Below are positions 30,615-38,873 of a DNA stretch of 64,000 bases, one piece after another. The stretch comes from Actinomycetes bacterium (GTDB lineage: Bacteria > Actinomycetota > Acidimicrobiia > Acidimicrobiales > RAAP-2). Every line of letters begins with the position of its first letter. Position 1 is the first letter of the stretch. The notes below the pieces were generated by a model that worked only from the letters and a program-made list of their open reading frames with translations, made no database searches and was not told the origin of the DNA. A program made the position numbers and the translations under genes. The stretch is taken from the NCBI GenBank assembly GCA_021837305.1, contig JAKBGV010000001.1:51129-115128 (forward strand), written 5' to 3'.

Positions 30615-31440
30615 ATGCCGGCACTATCGTAACGGGGCCTATTCAAGTGACCTGACCGATGCCCAGTGGAACGTGTTGGAACCCTTGCTGCTGTTGCCTT
30701 CCAAACGCGGACCCAAACACAGTGACGACCTTCGACGCGTCGTCGACGCGATGCTCTACATCTCACACACTGGCTGTCAATGGAGATATCTGCCCGAAGA
30801 GTTCGGTCCCTGGACGAGGGTCTGGTCTCAGTTTCGACGATGGTCGAGGAATGACACGTGGAGTCGGGCGCTCGCCACTCTCCACGCCTCTTCACGCACT
30901 GCACTTGGTCGAAAAGAACCCTCGCCATCGATGGTCGTCATCGACACACATCTCGCGAGATGGGCCTCCAATGGTGGCGTGACTTTCCACAACCAGGGCG
31001 GTCCCTACGGTCGGACCAACGGGGCCAAACGAATCGTCTGCGTCGACGTCACCGGCCTGCCCCTCTGCGTGCGCGTCGTCCCCGCCTCGACCTCCGAGGC
31101 GAGCGCCGTCGAGCTGATACTCGATGACCTGGCCCGTACGAGCGCTGACCTGCGCCTCGAACTCGTGCTCGTGGACCGGGGAACCGCGCAGTCGGCGGCC
31201 CAACGGCTCTCCGCCCGGTTCGGCTGCGAGGTCCGCCGGGTCGGTTGGGACGAGCCACCGCGCAACGAACATGGTGCGAAGGTCTTTCGGCCTATCCGTC
31301 ACGCCTGGCGGGTCGAAGTCGCCCACGGCCATCTCGTTCGACGGCGACGTTTGGCGCGCTGTTTCGAGAACACCGTGGTCTCTGCTACTGGCTGGCTGCA
31401 CGTCGCCTCAATCACTGAGGTCCTTCGAGCGCTGTGCTGA
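30615..31440 (+). pseudogene. IS5 family transposase, start codon out of frame
   Basis: YSSDLTDAQW..LEPLL, TGCQWRYLP..F.PW, VIDT, VDVTGLPL, VDRG, WRVEVAH. The conserved N-terminus has no in-frame start; ATG 30615 is in another frame. Confidence 0.85.
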
Positions 31441-31508
31441 GCGTGGAACAGATGGCAAATGGCGCCCCAAGGTTGCGGACCACCAGAGCATAGGTGGCGT
31501 TGTCTCAC

Positions 31509-31910
31509 CTATTCCGTGGCTGGGTAGAGACGGAAGCCCAGCAGCTCCTTGTGCGTGAGCCTCCGATAGAAGTCACCAGCGTTGTCAGTGATGAGGTCGA
31601 TGCGAGTCGCTCCAAGAAGTGGGAATGCGTAGGTGAGGAGCGCTCGCGCGATTCCCGCGCGCCTGCTCCGCTCGTCAGTGACGAGCAGTGAAAGATGAGC
31701 CTGAATAGCGCCATCAGTTTGGAAGTAGGCGAAGGCCGCGACTTGGTCGTCGATGGTTGCCACGATCGACACGACACCTGGCGCCGTGAACACTCGATGA
31801 GCCCGAGCACGATCTTCAACGTAGGTTGCCCAGCCTTCAGCGGCGCAGAGGTTGAGTACCGCGTCAAGATCAATATTTTCGTAAATTCTGAACTGCGGCA
31901 GACTCTTCAC
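31509..31910 (-). CDS. GNAT family N-acetyltransferase
   Basis: LSLLVTDERSRRAGIARALL acetyl-CoA motif A, NAGDFYRRL motif B; GGAAAG RBS. Confidence 0.88.
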   Translation of the reverse strand: MKSLPQFRIYENIDLDAVLNLCAAEGWATYVEDRARAHRVFTAPGVVSIVATIDDQVAAFAYFQTDGAIQAHLSLLVTDERSRRAGIARALLTYAFPLLGATRIDLITDNAGDFYRRLTHKELLGFRLYPATE

Positions 31911-31949
31911 CTTTCCAGTATCGCCCCTGGTGTGAAGCTCCTATGTTTG

Positions 31950-33159
31950 TCAAGCCGCCAAATGTTCGTTGAGCCACGCCCGGTAGATCGCCACGAATTC
32001 ACCGTCGTGGTCGAGTCCACGCTCAATCCGTGAGATCTTGGTAGGCCAGACGCCCAGGTCGTCCGACACGGTTTGCAGGGAGATGTGCGCTGATTTGCGC
32101 GCCGAGCGAAGGTCGGGTCCCACTTCCTCGTAGGCGGGGTGCTGCAGCAGCCAGAAGACCTCACGGGCGATGTGGCGTGAGCCAGCGCACAACGTCACGC
32201 TTGGTCTTGCCCTCGGCGGTGCGCTTGGCCAGGTAGGCCCTGGTCTCCTCGTCGCTCATCATCCGGTTGGTGGCGATTCGCCACAGCGCGTTGTTGGCCT
32301 GTCGGTTCCCCGACCGGTTGAGACGGTGACGGTTGGTCTGACCCGACGACGCTTGAATCGGCGAGACGCCGCACATGGCGGCGAAGGCCGACTCGTTGCG
32401 CAGACGATGGCAGTTCGATCCCGCGGCGACCAGCAGGATCGAGGCGACGTCGACACCAACGCCCTTGGCCGCGCGCAGGGCCGGGTTGGCCTCTTGGGTC
32501 AGCGCGTCGAGGATCTCATGCAGTCCGATCATCTCCTCGCTCAGGTCCTGGTAGCGACGCGACAGCGTCTTGAGTGCCAAGCGAGTGGCCTCGTGGGGGT
32601 CACGCGCACTTCCCGGGCGGAACTTTGCACACTGGGCCACCCGGTCAGCGGTCTTGTTGGGCAGTGACTCGCGCAGTGTTGGTGGCGCGGTAACGATTAG
32701 GTCCCTGATCTGCAGGGCGAGTCGGGTGCGGGTCTCGCGTGCCGAGCAGTAGGCCACGCGCAGCACCCGGATCGATTCAACGATGTCCTCGTGGCTCTTG
32801 GGCACGACCGTGGCCTCGCCATTCAGGGCCGACCTCGCGGCCGACTCGGCGTCGACGGGATCGGACTTGCCGCGCTGACGACGCATCTGGCGGTTCGGTC
32901 GGTTCACCTCCACGACCTCGATGCCGTGGGCTTGGAGGTGACGGGTGAGACCGGCGCCATAGGAGCCAGTGCCCTCGACACCGACCTTCACGAGGGTGCC
33001 GAAGCCCTCGAGCCAGCGCGTCAGCGCCGCGTAGCCCTTGGCGTTGGCGTCGAAGGACGCCGTGTCGAGGATCTTTCCTCGTTCGTCCACGACGGCTGCC
33101 ACGTGGACGTCCTTGTGGGTGTCAACTCCGCCGAACACGCAGAGTGGTTCTTTTGACAT
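31950..33159 (-). pseudogene. IS110 DEDD recombinase with C-terminal XRE-type HTH, frameshifted near 32178
   Basis: GGVDTHKDVH, GVEGTGSYG, KSDPVDA, SPIQASSG, LNRSGNRQANNAL. The frame breaks at VVRWL and resumes RHIAREVF..DLRSARKSAHISLQTVSDDLGVWPTKISRIERG. Confidence 0.85.
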
Positions 33160-33164
33160 GATGG

Positions 33165-33365
33165 TGCTGCCTTCCTGATTGATGGGATGGCACCGCCGGC
33201 GGGTCGGCGGACAGGACACACACGGTGTTGTCAAGGCTCCTATCAAGTCACGTCCGTCCGGCCAGCTGGTGCATCCCCGGCTCGGAGTTGGGTCGACAGT
33301 TCATACATCAAGGCACGTAGCCAGTCACACAATGAGGGTCAGACCCAACCCCTTGCCGGGGACTT
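33165..33365 (-). ncRNA. Predicted IS110 bridge RNA / seekRNA locus
   Basis: About 200-nt non-coding left end folding into two long hairpins with internal loops (33274-33362 and 33190-33272); one loop contains ATAGGAGC, identical to the element's own right end. Confidence 0.7.
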
Positions 33366-33450
33366 AACAAGTATGTGTGTCACAACTCACGACAATTGTG
33401 AGGGTGTGGGACCTCCGGCGACTCAAGCACCCATCTCGCACACCGGTCAG

Positions 33451-34803
33451 GTGCTCGCTCGCGCCGTCACCTTCCAGTTCGCCCTTGACCCGAACGCGCA
33501 GCAGAGGATCCTCTTCGTCAAGTGCGCCGGAGCCCGTCGCTTCACGGTCAACCACCACCTGGCCCGGGTGAGGGCCAACCTCGATACCCGATCGGTCGAG
33601 CGAGAAGCTCTCGGCGAGGGTGAGGATCCACGAGAACCGTCAACTCCCTCGCTGTCCTGGTCAACCTTCTCCTTCATCAACGAGTTCAACGCCTGGAAGA
33701 ACGGGGAGTCTGCTGCCTCACCGGTCAACGAGGATGGCAGTCGCGGTCTCGTCTGGCGTCACGAGTTGCCTAGTGACGTCTTCGAGTGTGCGAGCGTAGA
33801 CGCGGCCCGGGCCCTGGAGAACTTCGCTGCGTCAAGACGGGGCGAGCGCAGTGGTGCTGCCGTCGGGTTCCCCCGCTTCCAGGCGAAGGGCAAGGTGACG
33901 CCGAGCTTTCGGCTGCGCAACCGCGCGACGCCCGCCCGGTCGCCCTCGAGCCAGCCCATCCGCTTCAGTGATCCCTCGCACCTGCGCCTACCCAAGTTCG
34001 GACCGGTGAAGCTCTTTGGCCCCACCCGCCAGGTCCGCCGGATGATCGACTTGGGTCGCTTTCACATCTATTCGGCTACCCTCACTCAGCGCGCCGGTCG
34101 TTGGACGGTGTCACTGACCGGTGTCGCCGCTGAACTTCACCAAGCCGAGCGCAGTCGCACTCACCGTCACGCCGTGCCCGTCGGGGTCGACCGAGGGATC
34201 ATCTCCCTTTGCGTCGCCGCCGACGCGAACGGCGTTCCCTTCGAGCGCTTCGAGGGGGTGAAAACACTGAAGCACGCGCTGCGAACGCTCAAGGCGGCCA
34301 ACCAGACCCTGGCCAGAACCACACCGGGGTCCAAGGGTCGCCAACGAGCGAAGGCCCGACTCGCGAAGACTCATCGCAAGGTCGTCAACATCCGACGACA
34401 TCTCGTCCACCAGGCCTCGAGGGCCCTGGTGGACCGATGCCAAGTCATCGTCATTGAGGACTTGAACGTCGCGGGGATGGTGAGGAATCGACACCTATCG
34501 CGGTCCATCTCGGACGCCGCCATGGGCGAGCTCTCGCGCCAACTCCTCTACAAGGCCAGGTGGCACGGGGTCGAGGTGCGGGTCGCCGACCGATGGTTCC
34601 CGAGTTCCAAGACCTGCTCGAGCTGTGGCGTCGTCAGAAACGAGCTCGACCTGTCGACGCGGACCTACTCGTGTGGGGTCTGCGGCCTGGTCATCGACCG
34701 CGACCTCAACGCGGCCATCAACCTCGCCCGCTGGCAGCCCGCGGGACCCTCCGCGGTGACACTGCTGGACCCAACGCGCGCTCTGCTTCTCTCTACTGCC
34801 TGA
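33451..34803 (+). CDS. tnpB: RNA-guided endonuclease TnpB (IS607-like); alternative start GTG 33406
   Basis: N-terminal F.LDPN..Q HTH, FPRF, RuvC D (VGVDRG), E (IEDLNV), D (DRDLNAAINL), Zn finger CSSC/CGVC. Confidence 0.95.
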   Translation: MLARAVTFQFALDPNAQQRILFVKCAGARRFTVNHHLARVRANLDTRSVEREALGEGEDPREPSTPSLSWSTFSFINEFNAWKNGESAASPVNEDGSRGLVWRHELPSDVFECASVDAARALENFAASRRGERSGAAVGFPRFQAKGKVTPSFRLRNRATPARSPSSQPIRFSDPSHLRLPKFGPVKLFGPTRQVRRMIDLGRFHIYSATLTQRAGRWTVSLTGVAAELHQAERSRTHRHAVPVGVDRGIISLCVAADANGVPFERFEGVKTLKHALRTLKAANQTLARTTPGSKGRQRAKARLAKTHRKVVNIRRHLVHQASRALVDRCQVIVIEDLNVAGMVRNRHLSRSISDAAMGELSRQLLYKARWHGVEVRVADRWFPSSKTCSSCGVVRNELDLSTRTYSCGVCGLVIDRDLNAAINLARWQPAGPSAVTLLDPTRALLLSTA

Positions 34804-34953
34804 TCCGCCACGGATCTGCACCGCGAAGCACGCGGGAAGAGCCGATCGTCACCCGCATAACCATCACGACAACGTGATGAGGGCCTTGGGTCGGAACCGA
34901 GCACTCAGACGATTCATCGTTTGGGACGTCGGACGGTGAGCAAGCACCGCTGG
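34780..34953 (+). ncRNA. Predicted TnpB omega/reRNA scaffold plus guide
   Basis: Hairpins CATCACG-acaa-CGTGATG (34862-34879) and CTCAGACGA-ttca-TCGTTTGGG (34904-34925); scaffold ends in ACGG at 34936. The 5' boundary is a guess. Confidence 0.6.
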
Positions 34954-35059
34954 ACCACTACGTTCAGCTGGTCAAGGCGAACCGGTGGGTCCAAATAGGA
35001 CACACGCTGTGAGCGTTGCCTAGACTGTGGCGCGCAACTTCCCCGAAAGGTTCAGGCTC

Positions 35060-35623
35060 ATGGCCGCCATCTCTAGCAACGACATCAAGAACGGCATCAC
35101 CCTCAAGGTCGAAGACGGACTCTTCACCGTCGTCGAGTTCCAGCACGTCAAGCCCGGAAAGGGTGGCGCCTTTGTGCGCACCAAGCTGCGTAACGCCCGC
35201 TCGGGCGCCGTGATCGAGCGTACGTATCGCGGCGACGAGCGCCTCGAACAGGCCATCATCGACAAGCGTGACATGCAGTACCTCTACCGCGACGGGGACG
35301 ACTACATCTTCATGGATCAGTCCACCTACGACCAGGTCCCCGTGTCCGCCAAGAGTCTGGGTGACGCCGCGAACTTCCTCGTCGAGACGGGAAAGGCCAT
35401 GTTGGTGTTGCACGACGACGAGATCATCGGCATCGAGTTGCCAGCGTCGGTCGAGTTGACGATCACCGAGACTGAACCGGGGATTCAGGGGGACCGGGTG
35501 TCGGGGGCACGCAAACCGGCGACGCTCGAGACCGGTTACGTGGTGCAGGTCCCGCTCTTCGTCGGACCGGGCGAGGTCATCAAGGTTGACACCCGCACCG
35601 GCGACTACATCACCCGCGCCTAG
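35060..35623 (+). CDS. efp: Elongation factor P
   Basis: FQHVKPGKGGAFVRTKL, PGIQGDRVSG..KPATLETG. Confidence 0.98.
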   Translation: MAAISSNDIKNGITLKVEDGLFTVVEFQHVKPGKGGAFVRTKLRNARSGAVIERTYRGDERLEQAIIDKRDMQYLYRDGDDYIFMDQSTYDQVPVSAKSLGDAANFLVETGKAMLVLHDDEIIGIELPASVELTITETEPGIQGDRVSGARKPATLETGYVVQVPLFVGPGEVIKVDTRTGDYITRA

Positions 35624-36021
35624 TGGACGACCTCGGTAGCCAACGACATCGAGCCCGAGAACGAGCCCTCGAGATCCTCTACGAGGCGTCGATGAAGGGC
35701 CGTTCGACCAGCGAGATCCTGCCCCGGTTGACCCTGACCCCCGACCCGTACACCGTACGACTGGTGGAGTCCGCGGAGCTCAACGAGGCGCGCGCCCTCG
35801 CGCTCATCGGCAACAACCTGGTCGACTGGACGATCGAGCGCCTGGCGCTCGTCGATCGGCTGGTCATGGTGCTGGCGATTGCCGAGCTCCTGCTGGCGGA
35901 TCCGCCGCCGACGGCGGTCGTGCTCAACGAGGCCGTTGAACTGGCCCGTACGTTCTCGACTGCGGATTCGCCGTCATTCGTGAACGGTGTACTCGCGGCG
36001 TGCGTCGACGAACTCGGTTGA
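35623..36021 (+). CDS. nusB: Transcription antitermination factor NusB
   Basis: RHRARERAL..LYE, W.IERL..VDR, LNEAVELA..FS...SPSFVNGVL. Confidence 0.95.
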   Translation: MDDLGSQRHRARERALEILYEASMKGRSTSEILPRLTLTPDPYTVRLVESAELNEARALALIGNNLVDWTIERLALVDRLVMVLAIAELLLADPPPTAVVLNEAVELARTFSTADSPSFVNGVLAACVDELG

Positions 36022-36039
36022 TCGACTGGTCCGATCGAC

Positions 36040-37776
36040 ATGCCGGGCATGAGTCAGCGTTCTATTGACCTGACCAACCCCTTCGTCGTCGTGCTCTTTC
36101 GCCACACGAGCCTGGTCACGATGACGATCTGGATCGGGGTCGTCGCCATGGCGATCCTCATCGCGGCCGCGGCGCTCGGTGGGATCTCGCGGTTCAACCT
36201 GTCGAGCGAGGGTCTCGGCGAACCGCGGTCGAGGACGTACCTTCGCGTGGGGTTCGGCCTGCTATGGCTTCTCGACGGCTTATTGCAGTTCCAGGCCTCG
36301 ATGCCCCTCGGACTCGCGGACAACGTGGTGGCACCCATGTCGCGCGGCACACCTACGGCTTTGCGCACGTTGATCGGGCACGCCGTCAACCTCTGGAACA
36401 GCCATCCGATCACGCTCGCCTCGGGGGTGGCGTGGCTGGAGATCGGGCTGGGCGTGCTGCTCCTCGTGTCCAATGGTCTCACCGGTCGGGTCGCGGGGGG
36501 GATATCAGCCCTGTGGGCGGCGCTCGTTTGGCTAGTGGGCGACGGTGCCGGCGGACTCTTCGTCCACGGCGCGACGTTCCTGTTCGCGTGGCCGGGTTCG
36601 GCGCTGTTCTACGGGTATGCGGGCGCGTGGCTGGCGCTCAACCCCGAGCGGTTTCGGCGTTTATTCTCGCTTGTGACGAGACGCTCGGTCGCCGTGGTGC
36701 TCGTGTTCGCAGCGGTCGAGCAGGTCCTGCATACGGCGGGGTTTTGGCACGGGGGTCCGACCAACGCCCTGACCGAGATGGCGAACTACATGACGGCCAT
36801 CGCGCAACCGCGATGGCTGGCGGAAATCGTGCGCGGTGCCGGTTCGCTGGCCGCGACCATGGGCGGTGGGCTCAACGTTGCGATCCTGCTCTGGCTCGTC
36901 GTCGGTGCGGCGGGTCTGTGGTCAACGCGCACAACCGCACGACGGTGGCCCGTCTACAGCGTGATCGCGGGGAGCCTCGTGCTCTGGGTCGTCGCCCAAG
37001 ACATGGCTCTCTTTGGTGGACTGTCGACCGACCTGAACACGATGCCGGCGCTCGCGGTGGTCGTGTGGTGTGCCTCACCGACGCAGCGCGATGTTCCCAT
37101 CACGCCACACGGCCTTTCTCGCGACATCCTCAGTAGCACGGGATCGGTGGTTGCCGCCTTCGCGGCGGCGATGGTGCTCGTGGCGAGCGTGGCCATGGGC
37201 GTGGCCACGATAAGCGGTACCGAGACGACACTGTTCCTCGCCGACAATGGTCCAGTCACGCCCGTCAACGCACCCGCCAAGCCATTCACGTTGACTGATC
37301 AGTTCGCCCAGCGCTACAAGCTGGGCGAACACCATGGACGACTCACCCTGCTGACGTTCCTCGATCCGAACTGTCTCACGGGCTGCGTGTCGCTCGCCAG
37401 TCAGATCGCCCAAGTGCGTCAGGGTCTCGCGGCCAGCGCGAAGTTGGACATCGTCGCGGTGGCGGTCGACCCCTATCACAAGTCACTGGGCGACGTCCGT
37501 CGCTACATCGACGTAAAGGGCCTCGGACGGGTGGCGGACTTCTACTTCCTGACGGGCTCTCGGGCCGCCCTTCGTTCCGTGTGGCGCGCGTACGGGATCA
37601 GTGTCGTGATGAAACCGTCGGACCAGACCAGTGTCCACACCAACGTCATCTTCCTAGTCGCGGCCGACCGCCATCTTCACTGGATCATCCCTGATAACCC
37701 GGTATCGAGCGGCGCCGCTACCGCGTCTGCGGTCGCGCAAGTGCGCCGCCTGCTCGCCTACGAGGGCGTGCACTGA
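36040..37776 (+). CDS. Polytopic membrane protein fused to a C-terminal SCO1/SenC copper-chaperone domain
   Basis: Roughly ten hydrophobic segments (GFGLLWLLDGLLQFQ), then FTLTDQ..LTFLDPNCLTGC..FLTGS..VW.AYGI..H. Confidence 0.8.
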   Translation: MPGMSQRSIDLTNPFVVVLFRHTSLVTMTIWIGVVAMAILIAAAALGGISRFNLSSEGLGEPRSRTYLRVGFGLLWLLDGLLQFQASMPLGLADNVVAPMSRGTPTALRTLIGHAVNLWNSHPITLASGVAWLEIGLGVLLLVSNGLTGRVAGGISALWAALVWLVGDGAGGLFVHGATFLFAWPGSALFYGYAGAWLALNPERFRRLFSLVTRRSVAVVLVFAAVEQVLHTAGFWHGGPTNALTEMANYMTAIAQPRWLAEIVRGAGSLAATMGGGLNVAILLWLVVGAAGLWSTRTTARRWPVYSVIAGSLVLWVVAQDMALFGGLSTDLNTMPALAVVVWCASPTQRDVPITPHGLSRDILSSTGSVVAAFAAAMVLVASVAMGVATISGTETTLFLADNGPVTPVNAPAKPFTLTDQFAQRYKLGEHHGRLTLLTFLDPNCLTGCVSLASQIAQVRQGLAASAKLDIVAVAVDPYHKSLGDVRRYIDVKGLGRVADFYFLTGSRAALRSVWRAYGISVVMKPSDQTSVHTNVIFLVAADRHLHWIIPDNPVSSGAATASAVAQVRRLLAYEGVH

Positions 37777-38117
37777 CTCGGTGGTGGTGGTTGGTCAGCG
37801 TCGTCACGCTCACCGTGAACACCACGCAGGTAGTCGTTGTAGCGCTCGAGCGCTGCGTCGGGCTCGTCGGGGTGCGCAATGTGGTCGTCGGGCGCGCGAT
37901 CAGGTGATGGTGCACGCTCGTCGCTGAGAAGTTTCTTCCACACGTAGACGGCGTAACCAGCGAAAATCGGCCACTCGAAAACATAGGCCCACGACAAGTT
38001 ATTCCCGCCAATCGCCCGTCGAATTTCGATGTAGAACGCCGAGAGGCAGATGACTTCTGCGAGCAGCAGACCCATATGGATTACAAGAGGATTCTTAGTC
38101 TCGCGTTGCACTAACAC
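37758..38117 (-). CDS. Small 2-TM membrane protein (paralog of 45189-45620); start uncertain
   Basis: RAIGGNNLSWAYVFEWPIFA motif shared with the paralog. Confidence 0.75.
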   Translation of the reverse strand: MLVQRETKNPLVIHMGLLLAEVICLSAFYIEIRRAIGGNNLSWAYVFEWPIFAGYAVYVWKKLLSDERAPSPDRAPDDHIAHPDEPDAALERYNDYLRGVHGERDDADQPPPPSQCTPS

Positions 38118-38187
38118 CAACTGTATAGAAGTCGGGAATTACTCTCTGAATGTCGATACGTCTAGGTCGATTCATGAGGAGTGCGGT

Positions 38188-38871
38188 ATGTCGATTCGCG
38201 GAAGATTAGCCATCGTAGTCGTGCCATTCCTGGTCGTCGTCGGCCTCATCGTGTGGAGCGTCGCCACGTTCCTCACTCCAGGCACGCCGGGTGGGGTCAT
38301 GAACTTCACGAATACTCAGGCGGCCGGTCAGCCAGTGAACCTCACCGTGCAGAGTGTGGGTGCGATCGGCTTCGGACCCCATCCCACCTGGGTTTCCTAC
38401 CTCGTGAAGGACCCCCACACGCACCAGTGGGTCCAGGACACGACGTGGAAGTTGCCAGCTGACACGGTCGTGCACATGACCGTCCTGCAGTACGACACCG
38501 GGAGTCCGTTGCGCAATCAACAGTGGGGACAGGTCGTGGGCACGTTGACCGGCACCGCCAGCCTGAATGGCCACCCGTACAGCGTCTATGACTCCAACAC
38601 GGGTAACGGGGTCGGACACACCTTCGCCGTACCCGCCCTCGGTCTGAGCGTGCCGATGATCGGGGTGAACGCCAACGCGCAGGTCTGCGGCTCGGGCCCG
38701 TGCCACACCAGCTCACCGCACAACACGATCACGTTTAGTTTCAAGACCCCCGGACCGGGCAGTTACTCGTGGCAGTGCTTCGTTCCGTGCGGGCTCGGCT
38801 ACCTGTATGGCAATGGAGGACCGATGTCGACCCAGAACTACATGGGCGGATTCCTGGAAGTGGTGCGATAA
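38188..38871 (+). CDS. Membrane-anchored cupredoxin-like protein with an atypical copper site
   Basis: GAGGAG RBS; N-terminal TM; LPA.TVVHMTV, GHTF, TITFSFKTPGPGSYSWQCFVPCG..M..YMGG.LEV resemble cupredoxin strands. Confidence 0.75.
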   Translation: MSIRGRLAIVVVPFLVVVGLIVWSVATFLTPGTPGGVMNFTNTQAAGQPVNLTVQSVGAIGFGPHPTWVSYLVKDPHTHQWVQDTTWKLPADTVVHMTVLQYDTGSPLRNQQWGQVVGTLTGTASLNGHPYSVYDSNTGNGVGHTFAVPALGLSVPMIGVNANAQVCGSGPCHTSSPHNTITFSFKTPGPGSYSWQCFVPCGLGYLYGNGGPMSTQNYMGGFLEVVR

Positions 38872-38873
38872 CT

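Larger units (their letters stand above)
31930..33379 (-). mobile_element. IS110 family element
   Basis: GTGTG direct repeats at 31930-31934 and 33375-33379; joining the ends gives TTGACA-17nt-CATACT; no TIRs; DEDD recombinase gene. Confidence 0.82.
31929..34936 (+). mobile_element. Non-autonomous tnpB-only element (IS607-like), interrupted by IS110 at its left tip
   Basis: GG at both inferred junctions (31929-31930, 34935-34936); shared 9-mer TCACGACAA near both ends (33387-33395, 34864-34872); no tnpA. Confidence 0.55.
30578..35009. mobile_element. IS5-family element with passenger GNAT gene, interrupted by nested tnpB and IS110 elements
   Basis: TIRs GAGGCTGTGTTCTATTTGG (30578-30596) and CCAAATAGGACACACGCTG (34991-35009) match 15/19; TGA flanks both ends (30575-30577, 35010-35012). 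Confidence 0.7.

Noticed and set aside
31910-31953. Hybrid promoter for the GNAT gene from the IS110 TTGACA
   Set aside because: Spacing to the nearest -10-like GATACT is 25 nt, too long.
33187-33405. N-terminal extension of the 538-aa TnpB ORF, suggesting a novel fusion
   Set aside because: It is read-through across the IS110 non-coding end; TnpB similarity starts near 33451.
33451-35000. TnpB as a Cas12-type CRISPR effector
   Set aside because: No repeat-spacer array or cas genes seen anywhere in the window.
28734-35059. Idea that the IS nest deleted pepQ, which often lies between aroQ and efp
   Set aside because: Matching TGA duplications restore a clean short spacer and no peptidase remnant is visible.
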